Source of the DNA: Octopus sinensis
Taxonomy: Eukaryota
Length of the DNA stretch: 64,000 bases
Assembly: GCF_006345805.1 (NCBI RefSeq)
Contig: NC_043007.1
Span: 65,844,001 to 65,908,000, forward strand
Direction of reading: 5' to 3'
Part shown: piece after piece, positions 11,935-24,740 of the stretch
Position numbering within the stretch: the stretch's first letter is position 1
How the letters are laid out: every line of letters begins with the position of its first letter
Translations under genes and position numbers: made by a program
The notes under the pieces: generated by a model
What the model saw: only the letters and a program-made list of their open reading frames with translations
Told to the model about the DNA's origin: nothing
Databases searched by the model: none

Positions 11935-12440
11935 GTGTTCGGAAGGATGTAGTAGTGTTGTGGAATGTTCTAACAGTGTTTTGGAATGATGTAGCAGTGT
12001 TCTGGAATAATGTATTAATCTGGAATAATATATTAATCTTCTGGAATGATACAGCAGTGTTCTGGAATAGTATATTAACGTTCTAAGGCGGTGAACCGGC
12101 AAAATCGTTAGCACGCCGGACAAAATGTCTAGCTGCATTTCGTCCGCATTTACGCTCTGAATCAAAATTCCATCGAGATCGACTTTGCCTTTCATCCTTT
12201 CGGAGTCGATAAAAATAAGTACCAGTTGTGTACTAGGGTCGATGTAATCGACTGTACCCAATTTTCCGAAATTGCTGGCCTTAAGCCAAAATTTAAAATC
12301 CAATATATTAATGCTTTAGAATGATGTGGTAGTGTCTGGAATAAGGTATTAATATTCTGGAATGATACATCAATGTTCTGGAGTGATCTAGGATTACTTT
12401 ATGGTGTTCTGGAATATAGTAGTGTTCTGCAATGCTGTAA
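11935..12440 (+). repeat. ~21-bp minisatellite (TGGAATGATGTAGCAGTGTTC-like) interrupted by a SINE B copy (about 12085-12303)
   Basis: The units continue on both sides of the SINE. Confidence 0.85.
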
Positions 12441-12459
12441 TCATATCTCTTTTATTTTT

Positions 12460-12635
12460 CTATCTTTTACTTGTTTCAGTCATTACTTGTTTAGTCGAAC
12501 AAATCTACCCCAGTGCATGGGGCTTATTCTATCGCACTGCTTTTGCTGAAACGCTATGTTACAGGAACGTAGATAAACCAGCAATTGTCATCAGGCAGTG
12601 ATGTGATACAAACTCAAACACAACGTGACAAACAA

Positions 12636-12727
<92 letters not shown>

Positions 12728-12910
12728 GCACGCACGCAAACACACATACGACGACCATATTTCAGTTTCCGTCTACCAAATTCACTCACAAGGCTTTGGT
12801 CGCCCAGGGCTCTAGTGGGAAACACCCGAATAAGGTGCATTTCCACGGGACTGTACCCAAGATCCCATGGTTGGAAAGCAAACTTCTTATCACACAACCA
12901 CGCCTGCATC
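12460..12910 (-). mobile_element. SINE family A
   Basis: Full family layout with internal (CA)n. Confidence 0.85.
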
Positions 12911-13729
12911 TACTGGATCATTATAGACATGTCTCTCTCTGTATGTTTGGAAATTGAAATGCATATAGTAGCTTGGGTTTCAAGGTCTGGAGTTAGGTAC
13001 AAAAAAATAATAAATAAATAAATAAAACTACCACTAGCATGTTTAGGGATTTACTCAATTTTTTTTGTTTTGGTACAACTGTTTCATTGTTTAAATGGAG
13101 TCTGCAGATCTGTCCCCTGTGCAATCCAATCTTTAATGATTTAAAGTTGGCCGTCTTATATGCCTTTCTAGGTTCAATACATAATAGCATTCTGCTCCTG
13201 CATTTTTACATTCAAGTCCATCTTTTTCCAGGCAACACTTCTATTATCATAATTAATTATATTTACCTTTGTATTTTTCATTCTGGTAAATGCTAAAAAA
13301 TAAGACAGAAATGTTTTAGCATAATACAAAGACATGTTAAAATCAAAAACATTAAGTTAAATAAGAAATAACTGAATTGCTGATGAAACCTAGAAATGCT
13401 CACGATAGAATAAAAGTTTATTGCCGTGGGTCAATGATATATTTTCATAAACAAACTTTCGAACACCGAATGAGATGGTATTTTGCAGAAAATAGAGAAA
13501 ACCTCGAGAGCAGAATAACTGTGAAAACAGCTTAGAAGATCGGCTAAATACCCTTAGAAAACGGAAGAAAAAGAATAAGTGATCAGCAAGCCACTACAAA
13601 GAAACAAACCCTATACCTCTCTGATTCCAGTTAAGCATGCTGAACCATTAAGCATACTGAACCATTAAGCTATGCAACCCCAGATATCAAGTACAATCTC
13701 TTATTATGCTAAATATCTTAAAATGATGA

Positions 13730-14234
13730 AAATATTTTGATTTGATTTTTCGTCACTTAAAGCCACACCACTTTTTTGGTAGTCAATATTTTTTGACGAG
13801 ATTTTCATTATAAAAGTCCTCTTATAGTGTTCTTTCATTTGAACACTACTATTGTAGAATTTTCTTTTACAATAGCTGAGGTATTTTGATTCAAATCAAT
13901 TTTGGGGGTTACCATTTTTCGTCACTTAAAGCCACACTGCTTTTATCGTAGCAAATATTTTTTAACGATCTTTTCACCAAAATATTCTTTTCAATGAGCG
14001 CATTCTTTTAAAATAATTGAGATATTTTGATTCAAAATCAATTTTCGGTTTACTTTCCCAATTTTTACTTCACATTTTGACTTAACTTTTTTTTCTAATG
14101 AACCAAATTTCAGTTATTGTTATATCCATCTGTAGCTCAAAACTGCACCATCATTGCTAAAAAACTGCATTCAATTTGGTTGAGAACTGATGAGGGCTAG
14201 AAGTGCACGTGAGTGGCTAAATGTCGACCTTTAA
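13730..14234 (-). mobile_element. Possible DNA transposon terminus (TTAA|AGG, Kolobok-like) with 169-bp subterminal repeats
   Basis: TTTTTCGTCACTTAAAGCCACAC at 13746 and 13915; the end reads GTCGACCT|TTAA at 14231-14234. No second terminus found. Confidence 0.35.
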
Positions 14235-15842
14235 GAATATATTCACCCACTATCGTGAGTGAATGATATACGTATGCGTACATATATATGTATATGACGT
14301 ACATGCACACATGAGTGCATACATGCACACGCACGCGCACACACACACAAACACACATACATCCGTCCAATCAGTATACATAATACAAACATACTAACAC
14401 ATATATGTACAAACATGCATACATACACACGTACATACATCCAAACATGCAAACATGCATGCATACATACATACATGTATATATACATACATACATACAA
14501 TCATGCATACATACATACATACATACATACATACATACATACATACATACATACATACATACATACATACATACATGCATACATACATACAAATTGTTAC
14601 CCTAAACAGCAGCAGCAGTATAATAGCAGAGATTGTATTTCGCACGACAGAAATAACAGCAAGTCTTTCGCTAGATATTTACGAGGGCTTCAGATTTACA
14701 CCTGAAAGGGTTAAGGGTTGGATTCGACATGACAGCTATATTAGGCATTATTAGGGAGCGCAGTGTTATGATGGAACATTATCTGTCTCGTTGGAATCTG
14801 CCCGTTCGTCGCTCAGTCATCATTATGTACGCCCGTCTCATCGTGTTCCTGTTGACCACGCACTCTTCCTCGCTGTCTGCATGAAAGTAACTAGTCTCTG
14901 TGTGTGTCTTGTGCGTGCGAGATAAATACATGTATTCATAAATACATACATACATGAATATGTGTGTGTGTGTAAGTGATTGTGTATGTATATATGTGTA
15001 TATATATGTATGAATGTAATATTGCCATGTACATCTGTTTCACTATCTGTCTTCCCCTCTTACAGTTTTATTCGCTGACTCTCTGCATAACTATACACTT
15101 TCCCTCTCCTATCTCACTCCCATTAATACACGCACTCTCTATCTCTGAAGTGCGACAAGTCTTTCTACTCTTCTATCTATTTTTCTTCCTCACACTTACC
15201 TTTCTGTCATTTTTTTCTGCCTACCATTTTCACATAACTACTTATTTTTTCTTCTAAATGTGGGTACCTTCCCATCAATGTTTCCTATCTTTCTGTCCGT
15301 CTTTTTTTTTTCCTCCAGCTATCATTATGTCTCTCAACATTTTTATCTACTTTGCTCATTTTTATTTCTTTTTGCTTACCTTTCTATAGCTTTCACTATC
15401 TGCTGTTTTCACCCAATATCTCTTATCTTTTCTTTATTCACACATTTTCCATGCTCGCTCTCTTCTATTTTTCTAGCATTGTTTTTATTTCTACTTTCCC
15501 CACTTCTATGTATCTGTTAATTCTATCATTGTAGCTTTTGGATTCTCCTCTCCTTCGTATCTCTTTATCTCTATCTTTCTATCTATTACATTTATGTATA
15601 AGTTTTACAAGATTCTTGATGGGAAATCGTGTGTTGAAACATATTGTTACACTTGCAGATAGGACAAGAGTCACGTGGGACAGAAAATCGCTGAAGAGGT
15701 CACAGTATGTGTGATGAAAGAACTTTGACAAATAAACTAAAAACAATAATAATAGAGTTAAGGTGAAGATCAAATGAGTTGTGCGTCTGTTTAATCGACA
15801 AAAGATGACCATCCCCGAGCATAACAATATTTCTATCCCTTT

Positions 15843-16250
15843 AAGGCAATGAGCTGGCAGAATTACTACATAAAGCGGCGAGCTGGCAGAAATGTTAGCA
15901 CGCCGAGTGAAATGCTTAGCGGTATTTCATCTGCCGCTACGTTCTGAGTTCAGATTCCGCCGAGATCAACTTTGCCTTTCATCCTTTCGGGGTCAATTAA
16001 ATAAGTACCAGTTACGCACTGGGGTCGATATAATCGACTTAATCCGTTTGTCTGTCCTTGTTTGTCCTCTCTGTGTAGCCAATTGTGGGTAGTAGAGAAA
16101 TAGGTATTTTGTCTGTCTTTACGTTCTGAGTTCAAATTCCGCCGAGGTCAACTTTGCCTTTCATCCTTTCGATAAATTAAGTACCAGTTGCGTACTGGGG
16201 TCGATCTAATCGACCCAAAATTTCAGGCTTTGTTTCTATAGTAGAAAAGA
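15843..16250 (+). mobile_element. Dimeric SINE family B
   Basis: Full monomer, then linker GTTTGTCTGTCCTTGTTTGTCCTCTCTGTG...GTGGGTAGTA, then a second headless monomer. Confidence 0.85.
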
Positions 16251-16555
16251 ATATTTCTGTCTCTATATTTCCATTAATTCAATTTTGTTCAGCTTTATCT
16301 CAGTAGGGCTTTTCTTTCAGTCTCTGTCTTTCGTTCAACCTGCTGGTACACTTTCAATATTGCTCCTTCTAAAAAGCACCACACGAACCTTCTGCTTTCA
16401 AGCTACCCATCCTTTTTGCATTCACCGCTCTTATGGTCAGTTGTTTCTTTTTCCAGCCCCTGATTTGTCCAATTTCCTTTTAGCTCCTTGTTAATCTGGA
16501 AATAGCATAGAGTATTTTGTGTTTGGAATGAGTTCCCATCGCTAGCTGATGATTA

Positions 16556-16710
16556 TCAGACACTGATGACGGATTACTACCCAGAAAACCGTGTCTATGA
16601 GTATCACGTAAGACTAGAAATGGAAGCGATGATTTCCCTTCGCAAATACTAATCCGACACAGACAGTGTGTCATTAGCCAGCTGGAGGAGATGTCCTCCT
16701 GGGGCTAAAA
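16556..16710 (+). mobile_element. Decayed HHR-bearing element, same family as 47598-48111
   Basis: AGACA-CTGATGA-CGG ATTACTA CCC-A-GAAA-ACCG-TGTCT (16558-16596), then GCTGGAGGA GATG TCCTCC TGGGGCTAAA (16681-16709). Confidence 0.6.
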
Positions 16711-16824
16711 AAAAACAACAGTAGCATCGTCCTCTATGGGACCGCCACATTTAGTTGACAAACATACTTCACTATTCAGAGCTGCTGCAGTTTAATTCTC
16801 GCTCAGAAACTTAATATTACTATA

Positions 16825-17230
16825 TATGGAGTGGATGTGTGGTAAGTAGCTTGTTTACCAACCACATCGTTCCCGGTTCAGTCTCACTGCGTGGTACCTT
16901 GGGCAAGGGTCTTCTACTATAGTATCGGGCCGGCCAAAGTCTTGTGAGAGGATTTGGCAGACGGAAACTGAAAGAAGCTCGTCGAATATATATATATATA
17001 TATATATGTATGTATATGTTTGTGTGTGTGTGTGTTTGTCCCCCATCACACACACAACATCGCTTGACAACCGATGCTGGTGTGTTTACGTCCCAGTAAC
17101 TTAGCGGTTCGGCAAAAAGGACTGATAGAATAACTACTAGGCTTACAAAGAATAGGTCCTGGGGTCGATTTGCTCGAATAAAGGCGGTGCTCCAGTATGG
17201 CCGCAGTCAAAGGACTGAAACAAATAAAAG
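16825..17230 (+). mobile_element. SINE family A, full length
   Basis: Head to GACTGAAACAAATAAAAG tail. Confidence 0.92.
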
Positions 17231-17309
17231 AATAACAGAATATATACATATATATATAGCATATAGACACGTCTGTATGTGCGTGCGTGTGTCTTTTATT
17301 CTTTTATTC

Positions 17310-17493
17310 TTTTATTTGTTTTCGTCATTTGACTGCGGCCATACTGGAGCACCGCCTTTAGTCGAGCATTGGACCCCAGGACTTAGTCTAGTACTTATTC
17401 TATCGGTCTCTTTTGCCGAACCGCTCACTTACGGGGACATTAACACACCAGCATCTGTTGTCAAGCGATGTTGGGGGTACAAACACAGACACA

Positions 17494-17546
<53 letters not shown>

Positions 17547-17730
17547 CACACACACATACATATATATATATACGATGGGCTTCTTTCAGTTTCCATCTAC
17601 CAAATCCACTCACAAGTCTTTGGTCGGCCGAGGCTATAGTAGAAGACACATGCCCAAGGTGTCACGCAGTAGGACTGAACCCGGAACCATGTCGTTGGTT
17701 AGCAAACTACTTACCACACAGCCACATATA
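17310..17730 (-). mobile_element. SINE family A, full length, tail-to-tail with the previous copy
   Basis: Reverse-complement layout of 16825-17230. Confidence 0.92.
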
Positions 17731-17797
17731 TATATATTTCGTTTTTGGATTTGCTTTTGCAAAATTCTTTATATGAGTTTGTGTGTTGAAGCATATT

Positions 17798-18056
17798 CTG
17801 TTGTGTCTGGGGATAGTCATTTTCTTTCTGTGCTTTATAATTTAACACACTCACCGGTGAAATTTCCCCTTATTTCTTATGTTTATTTTCTTAAAATTTT
17901 CGTTGCAATCTTTTCAACAGTGTTGACTATTGAAAAGGTTGCAAGGCGCAACGAAAATTTTAAGAAAAGGAAAATAAGAAATAAGTGGAAATTTTACCGG
18001 TGAGTGTGTTAAATTATAAGGCACAAAAAGAAAATGACTCTCCCCAGCCACAACAG
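17798..18056. mobile_element. Foldback MITE, almost fully palindromic
   Basis: About 110-bp arms CTGTTGTGTCTGGGGATAGTCATTTTC...TTCGTTGC / GCAACGAA...GACTCTCCCCAGCCACAACAG, plus an inner GCAATCTTTTCAA / TTGAAAAGGTTGC stem. Confidence 0.85.
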
Positions 18057-18069
18057 TATACACACACAC

Positions 18070-18134
<65 letters not shown>

Positions 18135-18434
18135 CACATACATACATACTTATATATTCTATGACAGGATGAATCATGATTTTGAAGTAAGTTTATTTGG
18201 TTTCTTAAGTCTGGTGTGTCGTGTTACGTAACATTAGCGGTCCGGCAAACGAAAACCGATAATGAAAGTACTAGGCTTACAAAGAATAAGTCCTGGGGTC
18301 GGTTTCTTTGACTAAAGGCGGTGCTCCAGCATGGCCGCAGGGAAATGACTGAAGTATGTAAAAGAATAAATGAATGCGTGTGTGTGCGTTTGTTTGTGTG
18401 TATTTGTGTGTGTGTGTATGTGTGTGAGTGTGTA

Positions 18435-18477
<43 letters not shown>

Positions 18478-18919
18478 AAAAATATATAAAACAATGTGAC
18501 GATTAGAAGAGAGAATAGAAGGAATAGTTTACAGGTTGAGAATGATGGGAAAATGGGTTATCGTGGCTAGAAACCATCCGGGCATGATCTCAGTTATAAT
18601 TTACAGTACATTGCAAATTCGGATTAGCCTCCGATTATCGTCTTGATCACTGAACTCAACGTAATTAATGTTCTTTCTGAGAAATGTCACTTCCCTTTGA
18701 CCTTTTGGTTACTGTTAATTCTTGTGGCAATATTCCTGCACAAAGTCATCGATTTCGTTTCATAATTTTATCACTTTTCTCTATTTATTCTAAAAAAATA
18801 TCAATAACATATAATTTACATATTAGCGTTAATCATAACCAGTAACTTTAAGCTAATGCGAAACAAATCTGCCCTGGAGTGGATATCTGTGTATAGAGGC
18901 ACATAAACTCGCCATAAAC

Positions 18920-19290
18920 TCTTTTACTCTTTTACTTGTTTCAGTCATTTGACTCTGGCCATGCTGGAGCACCGCCTTTCGTCGAGCAAATCGACCCCAG
19001 GACTTATTCTTTGTAAGCCTAGTACTTTTTTGCCGAACCGTTAAGTTATGAGGACGTAAGCTCACCAGCATCGGTTGTCAAGCGATGCTGGAGGGACAAA
19101 CACAGACACACACACACGTACATATGTATATATATATATATACACACATACATATATACGACGTCTACCAAATCCACTCACAAGGCTTTGGTCGATCCGA
19201 GGTTATAGTAGAAAACACTTGCCCAAGGTGCCACGCAGTGGGACTGAACCCAGAACCATGTGGTTGGTAAGCAAGCTACTTATCACACAG
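18920..19290 (-). mobile_element. SINE family A
   Basis: Family consensus segments. Confidence 0.9.
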
Positions 19291-19377
19291 CCACTCCTGT
19301 CGCAAATTCCTTAAGATTACGTAAACTGAATTGCACAGAAGCCAATGACCTTACCAGGGATACAACTTAAGATCCTT

Positions 19378-19660
19378 TTTAAGGTTATCACTACAGATTG
19401 TCTATAGACATTATAACCAGCACTAATTTTTGTTACGATGTTTCATATCCGAGACTTCAGATGTAAACAACAACATCAACAACAACAACAACGAGATCAG
19501 AGATGAATAAAGGGTGTATATGACATGCTCCAGGAGATTTTGCTCCTTCATCAGCACCCATCCAACCCATTTACCATCCACGAACTCACTGCTTAAATAG
19601 CTACTATATATGTAGGTGTAACATTATTGAATATACCAATTTTATATATTAAACATATTG
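19378..19660 (-). mobile_element. HHR-bearing element, copy 1 (HHR 19512-19559)
   Basis: Minus strand: GGGTG-CTGATGA-AGGAG CAAAAT CTCCT-GGAG-CATGTCATAT-A-CACCC. Homologous to 20143-20350. Confidence 0.7.
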
Positions 19661-19676
19661 GTGGAAGCATTCCTGT

Positions 19677-19997
19677 GAAGGCGCATGGCTCAGTGGGTAC
19701 AGCGTCGAGCTTACGATCGTGAGGTTGTGAGTTCGATTTCCGGAATGGGCTACGCATTGTGTTCTTGAGCGAAACACTTTATTTCACGTTGCTCCAGTTC
19801 ACTCAGCTGTAGAAATGAGTTGCGACTTCACTGGTGCCAAGCTGTATCGGCCTTTGCCTTTCTCTTGGAAAGCACTGGTGACGCGGATAGGGGAGGCCGG
19901 TATGCATGGGCGACTGCTGGTCTTCCATAAACAACATGTGCCTGGCAGAGTAACTTTCTAGGAGCAATCCCATGGTCAGACATGACCGAACGGGGTT
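19677..19997 (+). mobile_element. SINE family C (tRNA head, CORE-like domain)
   Basis: GGCGCATGGCTCAGTGG (A box), GAGTTCGATTTCC (B box), GTGTTCTTGAGCGAAACACTT...CCAGTTCACTCAGCTGTAGAAATGAG. Confidence 0.8.
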
Positions 19998-20018
19998 TCA
20001 GCAGGAAGCTGATACATA

Positions 20019-20493
20019 AATATTTATGACTTGTAGGGACACGGTATTTCGTTATGCAACCATAATATACTATAAAGTATATTAAACGATTTTATAAGTT
20101 AATACAGTGCTCTTCTGTGTTAGCCGTGCTATTACATTACTTGTTAAGGTTATCTCTACAGGTATTCGATAGAAATTATAGCCAGCACTGGTTTTGAAAA
20201 ATGGGTAATGGCGTATATGCCATATTTCAGGTGTTCTTGCTTCTTCATGAGTACCACATTCAACCCATTAATCATCCACGAACTCATTGATTACATAACC
20301 ACTATAGTAGTGAAACGTTAATGGATAGACCAATTTTACATATTAAACACAAAAATCGGTACTGGCTATAATTTCTGTACAAATTCTGTAGGACATAACC
20401 TTGACAGTATTGACTTATAAAAACATTTAATATACTTTGTAGAATATTATGGTTGCATAACGAAATGCTCTGTCCCTACAGGTTATTAATATT
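20019..20493 (-). mobile_element. HHR-bearing element, copy 2, flanked by ~150-bp inverted repeats (HHR 20208-20257)
   Basis: Inverted arms at about 20019-20195 and 20350-20493. Minus strand: GTGGTA-CTCATGA-AGAAG CAAGAA CACCT-GAAA-TATGGCATAT-A-CGCCAT. Confidence 0.75.
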
Positions 20494-21052
20494 AACGAAA
20501 AATGTGTCCGTGTGTGTTTAATATTTGGCAGGACGGTGTGTGTATATGTGTGCACGTTTGTTTGTGTGTGTGTGTGTGTGTATGTTTGTGATTAATATTT
20601 GTGTGTGATTAATATTTTTATGTGTGATTAATATTTATTAAACACACAGAGACACATTTACATACACCACAATATACCCTGGGACCAATCAAAAACGGCC
20701 CCCACACACAAACACAAACACATGTATATACACACACACAGACACACACATTCACACCATTCTGACCTATGAGACCAGTCCGCAAAACCATTGAACCATG
20801 AAAGACTAGCCATGAAAGACCAAACATGAAAGAGAAACAAAAAAATCCTTTCAATTCCACATTGCTTTTCCTTCCCCCCACCCAAACCAACCTCCCACAC
20901 TGTCCCTTAAAATAGTAAACAACCTTCAGCTTCACAGAGAATGAAAAATGCTAAAACAGGTCAGTTCATCTCAAATTCTTTGTAAACTCCTAAATATATT
21001 TCCTTCTGTGTATATATGTACTACCAAATATGACTCTTTTTGAACTTATAAT

Positions 21053-21085
<33 letters not shown>

Positions 21086-21428
21086 CTTCTAAACAAACAT
21101 AATCTTTAATGAAATCCTAATATTTTTAATGAACATTTTAATATTTTCTCAAGATATTTTCTTGTAAACTGTTTTTAACATTTTCTTATTATTATCAAAG
21201 AATGTATATATGTATTGTAATATTTTGTGACAACCAGTACATAACACAACAAAGCTTTTACAAAGCTTTACATTTTACTTTTGACAATCTTTTTCTAAAA
21301 AAGTGAAACCGGTCAAGTGAATAACATCCTTAAAATTGCATTTTCAAACCTTCTTTCATATATATTTCAACTCGTGCGGTACCTTACAACTTCACTTTGT
21401 TATATATATATATATATATATATATATA

Positions 21429-21470
<42 letters not shown>

Positions 21471-22059
21471 AGAAGAGAGAGCGAGAGAGATACTTGCACA
21501 CGATGGGCTTCTTTCAGTTTCTGCCTACAAAATCTACTCATAAGGCCTGCTAGACGCGAGGTAATAGTAGAAGATACTTGCCCACAGTGCTACGGAGTGG
21601 TACTGAACCCAGAAACATGCGATTTGGAAGCAAACTTTTACCATACAACTACGCTCGCGCACATTTAATCCTTTTTTTTTTCATATGTTCTTCATACATA
21701 TCAAAGTAATTATCATTTTTACTTTATTCTTTGTATAGACACCTATGTTTTATTAGTGTCGTTTTATGAAGGTTTCTCTATTTTGGTGTGTAAACGAAAA
21801 TAACAAAAGGGCATTAAAAATGAAAAAAGAAATTTTATGAAAGTTACTGTATTAATACTTTCATTGTTTTGCCTCTTTTCGTTCCAATTGTAGTTATTTC
21901 CCATATTTTGATATCTGCAGAGAGTTTGTATTTCTTTAGGCCAATTCAATACATTTTAAACACCGTTTAATACCAATGTAGCATGCTATTACATACTGAT
22001 AAGGAATTGACCGGATGCGTTTCTTCCTTCCTTTCCACCACCTTTCGTCCTCTTCGTGT

Positions 22060-22495
22060 GTTGGAGGAAGGACTTTCATGCGAAACGTTTTCGGTTAAAG
22101 GCCTACTGTCCGAAACGTAAAGATATTTCGCTTTCCTTTTAAGCCTTAAAGTAATAACACTTTTGTGAAAACTTGTCCCTCATGTATTTTTCTTGCTGTT
22201 ACTTATTTATCATATGTATATATATATATATATATGTATTTTCTTGTACATGTATCTTTAATTTTGTATTATTTTTTTCTTGTATGTATTTTTTTGTGTG
22301 CAGTTCTTTGTTACGTCCCTTTTTGTGTTACATTTTTTTCTTCCTCGTTTACCCCTCTACGAGTTTATTGTATTTTAATTCTCTCGTAGGAAGGCCTAGC
22401 TTGACCTTACGTGTTCTATCTCTGCCTTCGAAACACGTGTCTGCTAGCGACAGCTGATGAAGGGGATTTTTCCTTGTGTAGCATGTCCTGTACTT
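22060..22495 (+). other. Cluster of decayed HHR-like motifs
   Basis: GGAC..GTCC-GAAACGTA (22070-22119); GAAGGC..GCCTTC-GAAACACGTGTC (22390-22441); ACAG-CTGATGA-AGGGGATTTTTCCTT..GTC-CTGT (22450-22491). Confidence 0.45.
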
Positions 22496-23379
22496 CGTTT
22501 TTCTGTTGCACATAATTGTTTTTCCCGTTTTCGTTTTCGTTTCGTCTTGTTCCACGTCTCTGTCCTTCTGTTGTAACAAAATGTCTTTTCCGTTTTCGTT
22601 CTGTTGATTTTTTCGTCTTCCTGTGATATCCTGTACGTATATATATTTACATATGCATGAATATATACATGTAGATGTCGGTACGTACATATATGTTTGT
22701 ATGTATGCATATATTTTATTTATTACATTATATATATATACAGGCTTACGTGACTCGCTCCTTCATTTCTTTCATTTCTCCGTACTTTGCACCCAGTCTG
22801 CCGCAACCGTTTACATCTTCCTTTTATCTTCTCCTCCCTATCTCTTTCTCCACTCATCTATTTTGCTCTCACTTCTTCTCCTCCTTTTCGTCATCTTCCT
22901 TTCTCCCCACTTTCCTCACAAACATAATTATTTTTAATCAAAGTGGATATTGATGCGCTGTACCAAAAGAAACCAACATAAAATATTTTTACTGTAGTAG
23001 TAGTGATAGTAGTAGTAGTAGCAGCAGCAGTAGCAGCAGCAGCAACAGCAATAACAACAACAGTAATAACAAAGACTACAATAACATATGTGTATATGAC
23101 ATGTGTGTTTGAGAAAATTATTTGAGTGATTGTGTGCAAATTTAGATTGTATTTGTGCGTGCGTGTATACACACACACACATACACACACACACATACAC
23201 ACACACACACATACACACACATACACACACGCACACATACACACACATTATCTTCGTGTGTGTGCGTTTATACATACACGCAATGCCATTGATGGACAGC
23301 GACACACCTTGTATCTATGCGAGATAATCAGTATCTGGATTACAGAATTGACTCAAAAACAAAAAATTCATAATTTATA

Positions 23380-23830
<451 letters not shown>

Positions 23831-24459
23831 GGTGGTTGATAGAAATCAAAATTAATATTTAGAAAGACTTTATTAATATTTTGCAGGCTAATAGCTGAAC
23901 AATCGAACACCACAATACACGTTGATATTTCGCTCGAATGGGCGAACAATACATGTTTAGATTAACAATAAGCGTTTTATATTTTTCTAATGAAGTGTGG
24001 CTGACCACAGAAACGACAGATATGAGAGATAATCAAACGAAAGTCGTTCACTTAAGTTTGTAATTATGAAGACAAATAATAATCTTTGAAAATATTGCAG
24101 TCTGCCCTTTCACGGCATCGCACACGCGTACGCACATGCATACATAATACATATATAACAGATACATATAATATGGACACATACACGCACACACATGAAT
24201 AAATAAATAAATAAATATGCGCATATATATATATATATATATCTTTATATATGCATGCTTATTATTATATTAATGTTTGTTGTCTTGTATAGTTATATAA
24301 CAGCCGAGCATTAAATCGAACGTTCATTCAATAATTTTCGGTAAAGGACCATATTCATTACTACAAGAAGAAGGTTAATTGTGACTTCGAAGTTTCGGGT
24401 TACTATGGCTGTGTTTTTTCAAGCCTTGTATATAGATTTACTCTGTATTTTTTTTTTAT

Positions 24460-24669
24460 TCTTTCTTTACTTGTTCCAGCCATTAGACTGCGGCCATGCT
24501 GGGGCACCGCTTTGAAGAATTTTTATTCGAATGTATTGACCTCAATACTTATTTTTAAAAGTCCGAAACTTTTTCGATCGATCTCTTTCCCTGAACGGTT
24601 AGATTACGGGGACGTAAACACACCAGTACCAGTTGCCAAATGGTGGTGGGAGAACAAACACAAACATAA

Positions 24670-24740
<71 letters not shown>

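Noticed and set aside
11935-12440. CRISPR-like array
   Set aside because: Degenerate tandem units without unique spacers, in a eukaryotic context with no cas genes.
13380-13410. CTGATGA...GAAA (also CTGATGA near 14188 and 29834)
   Set aside because: No stem I, II or III pairing.
14690-14715. piggyBac-like ends (GAAAGGG|TTAA at about 14704-14714; TTAA|CCCTAG near 26805)
   Set aside because: Single short termini in outward-facing order, with no matching TIR partner or transposase.
23980-24025. CTAATGA-AG-TGTGG CTGA CCACA-GAAACGAC, HHR-like
   Set aside because: Two core mismatches and only a U-rich stem I; may be a relic but cannot be supported alone.
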